From Chlamydiae bacterium RIFCSPHIGHO2_12_FULL_49_11 (lineage in GTDB: Bacteria > Chlamydiota > Chlamydiia > Chlamydiales > 2-12-FULL-49-11), in assembly GCA_001794905.1 (NCBI GenBank), contig MGLW01000034.1:1-28026 (forward strand): 28,026 bases of DNA, read 5' to 3'. Under the pieces are notes generated by a model, which worked only from the letters and a program-made list of their open reading frames with translations, was not told the DNA's origin and did not search any database. The translations under genes were made by a program, and so were the position numbers. Positions 17,314-24,738 of this stretch are shown here, in pieces. Each line of letters starts with the position of its first letter. Position 1 is the first letter of the stretch.

Positions 17314-18339
17314 TTATAACATGGTACACAATACTGTGGACGGAGGGGAAGGGGACTGATAATTTCCATCAAACAGCTTCATGATCTCTATCCGGTTCTG
17401 TAAAGGGTAACGCTCCGCCATATGTCGTCTTGCCTCGTCTCTTGGGGTGCACCCGTTTGCATTTCTCCTTTCCAAGGAAGCGGAAATTGCCGCTAAATTC
17501 ATCAAATATTCAGCCGCTGCCAGCCGCGAATGGATAACGGCATAGTGGAGCGGCGTATTACCAAAAACGTCATGTGTATTTATACTCGCACGGTGTTCTA
17601 CAAGTAGTTTCACTCCTTCAAGGTAGCCCGACCTTGTTGCATAGTGCAAGGGTGTTTGTTTGTAACGATTTTCATGATCGAGCAACTCGTAGCCTTCCTT
17701 ACATAAAAGCTGCTGCAATACCCCATCCGGATTTGTTCCCGCCATCGCGGTATGGAATACCGAATCGCCCTGAGCGGTGAGAGCTTTGAGTGATTTCATT
17801 GCACCGGTTTGCAATAAGCATTCCACGACCCCTCTGCCTCCTCGGAGGGCCGCATGATGGAGCGGAGTATAACCGTCTTCATCCGCTGCATTGACAACAC
17901 GAGACATACCCACAGAACAACTTCTGTCAAAATTCAGAATGTTTATTACCGCCTTTATGATGCGAACATCCGTATCTCGGCTTAAACAATGAATGAGCGT
18001 TACGCCGCTCACCTTTTCTTGAAAGAAAAGGGGCTTGCTGAGGGTCAGCGCATTGAACGCTTTCTTGTTGAGCAGAGTCAAAACCATCTGACTATTTACT
18101 CTTGCAATTTCGTTAAGGTAGCGATGGGCAATCTCGTAAACAACTGCCGTAAGCCCAGGAAGATCCTCCGGCTTGGTTGCCTTTTCAAGCCACCTTATCA
18201 CCCCTTCCACATCATCCCGAATAAAATCTCGATAAAACCCGACTTCTTCCAGATTGACGGGACCGCGACTGCATGTAAGCCCGAATGCACATTCCATAGA
18301 TCCTCCTGAGGATTCATTAACGGAATGATAAGGTAACAC
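17314..18339 (-). CDS. Ankyrin-repeat protein with a C-terminal CaaX-like motif (CTML); candidate host-targeted effector
   Basis: Repeats GYTPLHHAA, KQTPLHYAT and GNTPLHYAV plus degenerate ones; ends ...STVLCTML*. Start uncertain (GTG 18339 or ATG 18297). Confidence 0.88.
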   Translation of the reverse strand: MLPYHSVNESSGGSMECAFGLTCSRGPVNLEEVGFYRDFIRDDVEGVIRWLEKATKPEDLPGLTAVVYEIAHRYLNEIARVNSQMVLTLLNKKAFNALTLSKPLFFQEKVSGVTLIHCLSRDTDVRIIKAVINILNFDRSCSVGMSRVVNAADEDGYTPLHHAALRGGRGVVECLLQTGAMKSLKALTAQGDSVFHTAMAGTNPDGVLQQLLCKEGYELLDHENRYKQTPLHYATRSGYLEGVKLLVEHRASINTHDVFGNTPLHYAVIHSRLAAAEYLMNLAAISASLERRNANGCTPRDEARRHMAERYPLQNRIEIMKLFDGNYQSPSPPSTVLCTML

Positions 18340-18411
18340 AAAAAAATTGTCGAGTTGAATTTAAAATACTCATAAATTGGTATTACCATTGTAATTTCAT
18401 GTGTTTACTCT

Positions 18412-19269
18412 CTACTTTAGAAGAGCGGTGCGGCGTCTTTGAACAAGGAGGGCGATCCCGAGGAGGACCATTGGGATGCTGAGATATTGCCCCATCAGAA
18501 GGCTCTGTGCCGAGAGCCACACGCTCTGCTCGGTTTTAATGAATTCGATGCAGAACCGGAACGTGAAAGCCAGAATAAGTCCGATGCTGAAAAGTTGCCC
18601 TTCGGCCCAGGATCGGTAAAATTTTCTCCATAGTAAAAAGAGAAAAGCGGCAAGCAGAATGTAGAAGAGCGATTCGTAGAGCTGCACCGGATGACGGGGT
18701 AAGATCCCCGCATCGTCACGCGGCCGGAGAAAGAGGACAGAAAAGAGACCATTGTAAGGGACGCCCAAAATTTCCTGGTTGATGAAATTGCCCACCCGAA
18801 TAAAACTGCACACCATCATTGTAGGAATCGAAACAAGGTCCATGAGTCCAAAAAAACGGACCGGTGCTAATTCCTTTTTACGGAAGGTGTAAAAAAGAAA
18901 TACGGCAACGATGAGCCCCAGCACGCCTCCATGACTCGCAAGCCCCCCTTCCCATACCTGAAAAATGCGGAGCGGCTCGGATACATATTCGGACACATTT
19001 TCATAAAAAAGGATATGAAATAGCCGCGACCCCACTACAGCACCAATGATGGCATACACGAGCAAACTATCGGACAGGGCGCGCGCCTTATATTTCAACT
19101 CCGAAGGGGCAAGATTTAAACGGAAAGCGAGCGTTTGCCGGAGGAGCCGGCCAAATAGAAAAAGTCCGAGGTAAAACCCGACTGCGAAAAGGAAACCATA
19201 CCAGCTGATCGGCCATTCGACTTTAGGAATCGTAAAAATAAACGGGGACGGATCCCACACCAGCGCCAT
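18412..19269 (-). CDS. lgt: Prolipoprotein diacylglyceryl transferase
   Basis: WYG, GSRLFH, WEGGLASHGG, RVGNFINQE, RHPVQLYE and MGQYLS motifs. Start set at ATG 19269; the ATG at 19323 lies inside the MITE. Confidence 0.95.
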   Translation of the reverse strand: MALVWDPSPFIFTIPKVEWPISWYGFLFAVGFYLGLFLFGRLLRQTLAFRLNLAPSELKYKARALSDSLLVYAIIGAVVGSRLFHILFYENVSEYVSEPLRIFQVWEGGLASHGGVLGLIVAVFLFYTFRKKELAPVRFFGLMDLVSIPTMMVCSFIRVGNFINQEILGVPYNGLFSVLFLRPRDDAGILPRHPVQLYESLFYILLAAFLFLLWRKFYRSWAEGQLFSIGLILAFTFRFCIEFIKTEQSVWLSAQSLLMGQYLSIPMVLLGIALLVQRRRTALLK

Positions 19270-19298
19270 GAGAACTATGGTATCAAAAATCGTCTTTA

Positions 19299-19459
19299 TA
19301 CCAAACGCAAAAAATAATGTCATAAATTCGGGATCATCTAACGGTCACCTTTGTACGATCCTTTCTCACTCATATTTAAAAATATGGGTTTCGAAATGAT
19401 CGTGCAAATTTGCCTCGTTATCTGACCCGACTTTATGACATTATTTCTTGCATTTGGTA
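19299..19459 (-). mobile_element. MITE-like fold-back element, family B, copy 2 (161 bp, inverted relative to copy 1)
   Basis: Reverse complement of 16988..17148, flanked by TTA at 19296-98 and 19460-62, between the divergent lgt and PIN/TRAM genes. Confidence 0.87.
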
Positions 19460-19473
19460 TTATTTACCAGAAA

Positions 19474-19502
19474 TGGACAAAAAAAACATCTCTCGATACA
19501 CT
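19474..19502 (+). promoter_or_regulatory. Putative native promoter of PIN/TRAM-acpS
   Basis: TGGACA-17 bp-TACACT, 13 nt upstream of ATG 19516. Confidence 0.5.
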
Positions 19503-19515
19503 GGCTCGTGTCAGT

Positions 19516-20430
19516 ATGAAAAACGGATTTGTCTTTTTCGTCTTAACTATGTCGGCTTCCCTGCTGACGGCTCTCTTTGTGGCAGCTGCCTATCGCATGC
19601 CCCGCTTTATAAATGCTATAACCCTCTCGGGCCTAGGTCTCATTATCTCGGCATTCGTGTTCACTGCTTTCGAAAAAGCTTTTTCCGTTATGGCTTCCCT
19701 TCCTTATTCTTTTTTTCTTTTTTATTGTGTTTCCCTTTTTGTTTTCACCGCCCTCTTCCGTTTAAAAAAAGGGTTGAAAATGACTTTTCCCTTTTTTGAA
19801 CTTGACAATCGCAAGAGCCATTCCAATAAAATATTACTTCATCCGAGCGCCCTCGACGACGAGCGTCTCATCGATTTTATCAATACCGGTATCCTGAGCG
19901 GACGATTTGTTGTGATCCGTGAACTCGAAAGCAGTTTGATGCAGCAAGCCATCCTTTATCCCGACAGTGAAGATGTGCACCGGCGGCGTCTTGCTGTATT
20001 GAAAAAGATCTTGCACATTCCGGAGCTGGAACTGGTGAGTATGGCTAGCAAAGGTCCTCCGGGCATCGATCTCCTTTACCAGCACCTTCTCTTTGCCGCG
20101 GAAAACCGGATGGATCTTCTCGCTTCCGATTTGCTCGACCTTGCCGATACCGAAGGGAAAAATGTCCGGGTCATCAGCCTGAATCAATTAGCAGGGGCAA
20201 TGAAACCGCTCCTCTCCACCGGAAAAACAGTCTCCGTCAAAGTACAAAGGCCCGGCAAGGAACAAAGACAAGGGATCGGCTACCTCGAAGACGGTTCGAT
20301 GGTGGTCATCAACGACGGCGCCGATTATATAGGGGCAACCCTGGATGTGAGCGTGATTTCGGTCAAACACTCGTCCACGGGGCGCATCATTTTCACAAGC
20401 CCCGTTTTAAAAGCAGCATTGAGGGCATAA
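19516..20430 (+). CDS. Membrane-anchored PIN/TRAM domain protein (YacL-like)
   Basis: N-terminal TM helices and a C-terminal TRAM motif GKEQRQGIGYLEDGSMVV...TGRIIF. Start set at ATG 19516; the ATG at 19435 lies inside the MITE. Confidence 0.85.
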   Translation: MKNGFVFFVLTMSASLLTALFVAAAYRMPRFINAITLSGLGLIISAFVFTAFEKAFSVMASLPYSFFLFYCVSLFVFTALFRLKKGLKMTFPFFELDNRKSHSNKILLHPSALDDERLIDFINTGILSGRFVVIRELESSLMQQAILYPDSEDVHRRRLAVLKKILHIPELELVSMASKGPPGIDLLYQHLLFAAENRMDLLASDLLDLADTEGKNVRVISLNQLAGAMKPLLSTGKTVSVKVQRPGKEQRQGIGYLEDGSMVVINDGADYIGATLDVSVISVKHSSTGRIIFTSPVLKAALRA

Positions 20431-20820
20431 TTGAAAATCATAGGAATAGGAACCGATATCGTTCAAGTGGATCGCATCAGAAAAGCGATGGAAGCGCAGG
20501 AAGGTTTTGAGACGCGTGTCTTTTGCCACGGAGAGCGGGTCTATTGCCGCACTCATAGCGACCCCTATCCTATTTTTGCGGGACGCTTTGCCGCCAAAGA
20601 AGCGTGTGTAAAGGCACTTGGAGAAGGGTTTGGCTCCCTTGGCTTGCAAGATATCGAGGTAAAACACATGCCGTCCGGAAAACCGTACCTTTCTTTTTCC
20701 CACGATGCCAAGAAACACGTAAGCGCCGTCCAGTTTGAAATCTCGATCGCACATGAAAGAGATTACGCCGTAGCCACCGTTATTGCTTTCACAGATCGAA
20801 CGGATAATGGTAATAGATGA
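20431..20820 (+). CDS. acpS: Holo-[acyl-carrier-protein] synthase
   Basis: GIGTDIV, AGRFAAKEACVKALG, GKP and SIAHE; TTG start directly after the upstream stop. Confidence 0.95.
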   Translation: MKIIGIGTDIVQVDRIRKAMEAQEGFETRVFCHGERVYCRTHSDPYPIFAGRFAAKEACVKALGEGFGSLGLQDIEVKHMPSGKPYLSFSHDAKKHVSAVQFEISIAHERDYAVATVIAFTDRTDNGNR

Positions 20821-21601
20821 GCACCCCCTGCCGTCCTTTGGGATAGGCATATGCAAAGGCTCGAGCCAAATAAGAAACGGACAATTTGCCCCACGGGCCG
20901 AAAAGGCGCTGCAATTTCACTTCCAAATCGAGAGATTGATGCCCGATATTGCCCCAACCGTTGAAATCGGCAATGTCGACGACCCGGGTCCCCGCTAAGC
21001 CGAAATAGCCGAGGAGGCCTACCCCCGCAATCCATTTTTCCCGGAATTTTAGTTCCAGGTTGCCCATGACATGAAACCACGGATAGCCTTGATTTGCCAT
21101 ACCGAAATCGGCACCGAGCCACCATCGGTTGGCCCAATCGTCGTAGCGCGTCTTTTCTTTCCCGATCACGGCGCCGATCGTGAAATTCCACATGTTGTGC
21201 AGCGTCGTCACAACATTGGAAATCCGCTCATGGGGGGAAAATACAAGGGAAGCATACGTAGCCAGCGAGATCGGATCTCCTGCGATATCGTTATAAAATT
21301 GATGTTTGAACAGAAAACCGGCCGTATCAAAATTGAAATCGAGGGATCTGGCCTCGTTGAAAGTGATTTCGGCCTGAATGTCGGAAGAGGGGCTGAAGGG
21401 AACGTCAAGCAAAAAACCGAGATCGTTTTCGTGAGAAGAATAGTTTATGGGATAAACCCTGCGGCTTACATTCGGAAAATAAGCATACTCATAAGAACCG
21501 TCGAGCGAGATATGCCACGGCGCCTCGTTCCACGGTTTAAAATCAAAGGCTGCAAGAAGGATAGGAAAAAATCCCATCCATACTTTCAGTGTGAAATCCA
21601 T
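20789..21601 (-). CDS. Hypothetical exported, probably beta-barrel, protein
   Basis: Signal-like N-terminus from ATG 21601 (overlapping the trxB end), aromatic-rich alternating strands, C-terminus YYHYPFDL. Confidence 0.6.
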   Translation of the reverse strand: MDFTLKVWMGFFPILLAAFDFKPWNEAPWHISLDGSYEYAYFPNVSRRVYPINYSSHENDLGFLLDVPFSPSSDIQAEITFNEARSLDFNFDTAGFLFKHQFYNDIAGDPISLATYASLVFSPHERISNVVTTLHNMWNFTIGAVIGKEKTRYDDWANRWWLGADFGMANQGYPWFHVMGNLELKFREKWIAGVGLLGYFGLAGTRVVDIADFNGWGNIGHQSLDLEVKLQRLFGPWGKLSVSYLARAFAYAYPKGRQGVLIYYHYPFDL

Positions 21602-22518
21602 TTTTCTGCATCCATTGCCGCCATACACCCCATTCCGCTTGCGGTGATCGCCTGCCGGTAACGTCGATCTGCCACGTCGCCTGCCACAAAAAGACCGGCC
21701 ACTTTGGTCGCTGCGGTATAATTTTCCACAGCAACATATCCGCCGGAATCGAGATTAAGCAAATTTTTTACCAGGTCGGAGTTCGGCGTATGGCCGATAG
21801 CATAAAAGACGCCGCCTACTTCGAGTGTCTTTTGCTCCCCGTTTTGGCTATTTTTCAAAACTACCCTTTCGACCGCCTTGGATCCTTGGATTTCCACCAG
21901 CTCATGGAAATAGAAGATCTCGATCTTCGGATTCTCTTCGACGCGCCGTTTCATGATTTCGGAAGCGCGCATCTCCCCTTTTCGGACGGCAAGGGTGACT
22001 TTAGAGGCGTATTTGGTCAAATAGGTCGCCTCTTCGGCGGCCGAGTCACCTCCCCCGACGACAAGGAGCGGCGCGCCCCGGAAAATCGGCATGGCCCCGT
22101 CGCAGACGGCGCAAGCCGACACGCCCCGGTTCCAAAATTCTTTATGCCCTTTTACATCGAGAACATTGGCATACGCCCCTGTTGCCAAAATCACCGCCTT
22201 GGCACGGAGAGTCGTTTTCGTCCCCTTTATCGTAAAAGGGGAAGGACCGATAAGTTCAATTACATCTTCCTCGATAACGCGGGCACCAAACCGACGTGCC
22301 TGTTTTTCCATATTTTCTACGAGCTCGGGGCCGCTGATGCCTTCCGGAAACCCGGGAAAATTTTCCACCTCGGTTGTCGTGGAAAGCTGCCCGCCACGAA
22401 CGCCCCCTTTTTGAAAGCCGACGAAAACGATCGGATTCAAGGCACCGCGAGCAGCATAAATTGCTGCAGTCCAGGCGGCAGGTCCCGAACCGATAATGAC
22501 AACTGTTTCTTCCTGCAT
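21586..22518 (-). CDS. trxB: Thioredoxin-disulfide reductase
   Basis: IIGSGPA, GGQL, ENFPGFP, CAVC redox motif, GGGDSAAEEA, AGDV and YRQAITA. Start set at ATG 22518. Confidence 0.96.
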   Translation of the reverse strand: MQEETVVIIGSGPAAWTAAIYAARGALNPIVFVGFQKGGVRGGQLSTTTEVENFPGFPEGISGPELVENMEKQARRFGARVIEEDVIELIGPSPFTIKGTKTTLRAKAVILATGAYANVLDVKGHKEFWNRGVSACAVCDGAMPIFRGAPLLVVGGGDSAAEEATYLTKYASKVTLAVRKGEMRASEIMKRRVEENPKIEIFYFHELVEIQGSKAVERVVLKNSQNGEQKTLEVGGVFYAIGHTPNSDLVKNLLNLDSGGYVAVENYTAATKVAGLFVAGDVADRRYRQAITASGMGCMAAMDAEKWISH

Positions 22519-22525
22519 AGAAAGG

Positions 22526-22554
22526 AGCATAGTGCAAATTTTCGTTTTATTCAA
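22526..22554 (-). promoter_or_regulatory. Putative trxB promoter (leaderless spacing)
   Basis: TTGAAT-17 bp-TATGCT, then 7 nt to ATG 22518 with no SD. Confidence 0.6.
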
Positions 22555-22555
22555 T

Positions 22556-22633
22556 AGACCTCTTGCGTAATTCCATTTGTTTGTTAAAATTGCTCTTTTT
22601 GGCAGATTTGCAAGCAAATTACGCAAGAGGTCT
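22556..22633. repeat. Short inverted-repeat element (78 bp), RPE/MITE-like, family C
   Basis: Perfect IR TAGACCTCTTGCGTAATT (22555-22572) / AATTACGCAAGAGGTCTA (22617-22634). AGACC...GGTCT is flanked by AAT on both sides. Confidence 0.75.
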
Positions 22634-22713
22634 AATTGGGTAAAATTTGATGGAAATAAATCTTGGAGGGGCTAAAATAGTCGTGACCGGTTTGGTTTGT
22701 GTGGGGGAAAGAG

Positions 22714-23808
22714 GTGACAAGGAGTATCCGTCTCGTCGGCGTTTCGAAAACGAAAAACGGAAATAAAATTTTAGATAATGTAACGCTCACGATCCCTTCG
22801 GGAGAATTTTTTGCCCTGCTCGGTCCTTCAGGGTGCGGCAAGACAACCCTGCTGCGGCTGATTGCCGGCCTAGAAAGCGTCGATGCCGGAAAAATCTACC
22901 TCGGCGAGGTCGATATCACCCACATGCCCGTCCATAAGCGGAAAATCAATATCGTCTTCCAAAACTACGCCCTTTTTCCCCACCTCGACGTCTACGATAA
23001 TATTGCCTACAGCCTTTCGATCACCGGCATGCATGAAGACGAAATCGACCGGCGGGTGTTCAAATTACTCAAGGCGTTTCACCTGGATAAATTGGTCGAC
23101 AAGAAACCGTCAGAACTGTCCGGAGGCCAGCAGCAGCGCGTTGCAATTGCGCGTGCCATCATCAACGAGCCGGAGGTGCTTCTTCTCGACGAGCCCCTTG
23201 CCGCCCTCGATTACAAACTCCGCGAAAAAATGCTCATCGAGCTCATCGAGCTGCAGGATAAGCTCCTCACCACTTTCGTCTACGTTACACACGACCAGTT
23301 TGAAGCTCTCACCGTCGCTGACCACATGTGCATCATGGATCCCGAGGGAGGGATCGCCCAGTTCGGTACTCCCAAACAAATTTACGAATTTCCCGACAGC
23401 ACGTTTGTTGCCAAATTCGTCGGAAATACGAACCTGTTTCACGGCAGATTGGGGAAAAAGGGGGATGCTACCCTCTTCCATGCAAGCGACCTCGGCACCT
23501 TTACCGTTGAATGTACGCCCCAGAAACTCGAACTCATCGAGTCGGACAACGCCATTATGAGCATCCGTCCCGAAAAAATCTTCATTTCCAAGAAATCGGT
23601 CGAAAATTTTTCTAACACCCTCAAAGGCATTGTCAACTCTATTGTTTATACGGGCCGTTCCACTTTGTACGAAGTGCTTCTCAAAAACGGCAAAAAAATC
23701 CAGGTATTTGAACAGAACGAAGAACATTTTCCCCAAGTCAATATCGACTACGACGACGAAGTTTTCCTCAGTTGGCAGAAAGAAAATGTTGTGATGTTAA
23801 AGGAGTAG
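22714..23808 (+). CDS. potA: Spermidine/putrescine ABC transporter ATP-binding protein
   Basis: GPSGCGKTT, FQNYALFPH, LSGGQQQR, LLLDEP, YVTHDQ and a TOBE-like C-terminus. GTG start chosen after a purine-rich SD-like tract. Confidence 0.88.
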   Translation: MTRSIRLVGVSKTKNGNKILDNVTLTIPSGEFFALLGPSGCGKTTLLRLIAGLESVDAGKIYLGEVDITHMPVHKRKINIVFQNYALFPHLDVYDNIAYSLSITGMHEDEIDRRVFKLLKAFHLDKLVDKKPSELSGGQQQRVAIARAIINEPEVLLLDEPLAALDYKLREKMLIELIELQDKLLTTFVYVTHDQFEALTVADHMCIMDPEGGIAQFGTPKQIYEFPDSTFVAKFVGNTNLFHGRLGKKGDATLFHASDLGTFTVECTPQKLELIESDNAIMSIRPEKIFISKKSVENFSNTLKGIVNSIVYTGRSTLYEVLLKNGKKIQVFEQNEEHFPQVNIDYDDEVFLSWQKENVVMLKE

Positions 23809-24738
23809 ATGATGGAACAGGAAGTCGTCCTCTCTCCGGGTAGCAGCGCCCCCGCACTCCCCCGGTTTTCCGGTGTGCAGCGCTTCTTAAAGCTTGAGTT
23901 CTTATCTGCTTTGGGACTGCTTCCTTTTATCTGGCAATCGCTGTTTTTTTTCATCCCGATGCTTCTCTTGTTTTCGATGAGTTTTATCGATAATTCGAGC
24001 GGCACCCTCCGGTTTACGATTTCCCATTTTACGCAGCTTTTTTCGACCACCTACCTTTCCATCATTCTCAATTCGGTCGGCCTTTCGCTTTTGACCACAC
24101 TGATAACCCTTTGTATTGCATTCCCGTTCTCCTTCATCTCGATATTCCATTTCTCCAAATATAAAAACATCATTTCCCTCTTCCTCCTCATTCCGTTCTG
24201 GACAAATTTCATTTTGCACATCTACGCCTGGTTTTTCGTTCTCGAAAAAAATGGGTTTCTCAACCAGGTTCTGATGCATTTCGGCTTTATCACGGAGCCG
24301 CTTGCCTTCCTCAACAATTTTTTCTCGATCATGGTGATGATGATTTATTACTACCTTCCTTTTATGATCCTTCCCATTTATTCTACCCTCGAACGGTTCG
24401 ACTCTTCTATTTTCGAAGCCTCCATGGACCTTGGAGCAAACCGGTTTCAGACACTTTTAAAAGTCGTGATCCCGCTTTGCATCGGCGGAATACGAACGGG
24501 CATATTTCTTGTCTTCATCCCGTCGTTCGCCGAATTTCTCATTCCGGAACTGATGGGAGGGGATAAATACTTTTTCATGGGGAACGTGATTTCCCTTTAT
24601 ATGTTTGAGGAAAAGACGCTCGGCACTGCCGTGGCGTTTACCACTCTTTCCCTTGCGGTTGTGCTCATGATCGTGTACTTCATCCAGAAAGGGCTGGTTT
24701 TGTTTACCCGCCGCCTCACCCGAGGAGTCCGCACATGA
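23809..24738 (+). CDS. potB: Polyamine ABC transporter permease
   Basis: IPFWTN, YLPFMILPIY and EAA loop EASMDLGA; operon position. Confidence 0.87.
   Translation: MMEQEVVLSPGSSAPALPRFSGVQRFLKLEFLSALGLLPFIWQSLFFFIPMLLLFSMSFIDNSSGTLRFTISHFTQLFSTTYLSIILNSVGLSLLTTLITLCIAFPFSFISIFHFSKYKNIISLFLLIPFWTNFILHIYAWFFVLEKNGFLNQVLMHFGFITEPLAFLNNFFSIMVMMIYYYLPFMILPIYSTLERFDSSIFEASMDLGANRFQTLLKVVIPLCIGGIRTGIFLVFIPSFAEFLIPELMGGDKYFFMGNVISLYMFEEKTLGTAVAFTTLSLAVVLMIVYFIQKGLVLFTRRLTRGVRT

Noticed and set aside
18345-18390. TTGGTA-TTA (within TGGTATTACCA) upstream of the ankyrin gene, resembling a lone MITE end that could make the gene part of a composite element
   Set aside because: Only about 7 bp match the TIR, the subterminal consensus is poor, and its triplet (TTA) does not match the TAA at the other side. 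Could be a relic, but it is not supportable.
22519-22626. N-terminal extension of trxB in the ORF track
   Set aside because: It derives from the inverted-repeat element and promoter region; TrxB similarity starts at MQEETVVIIG.
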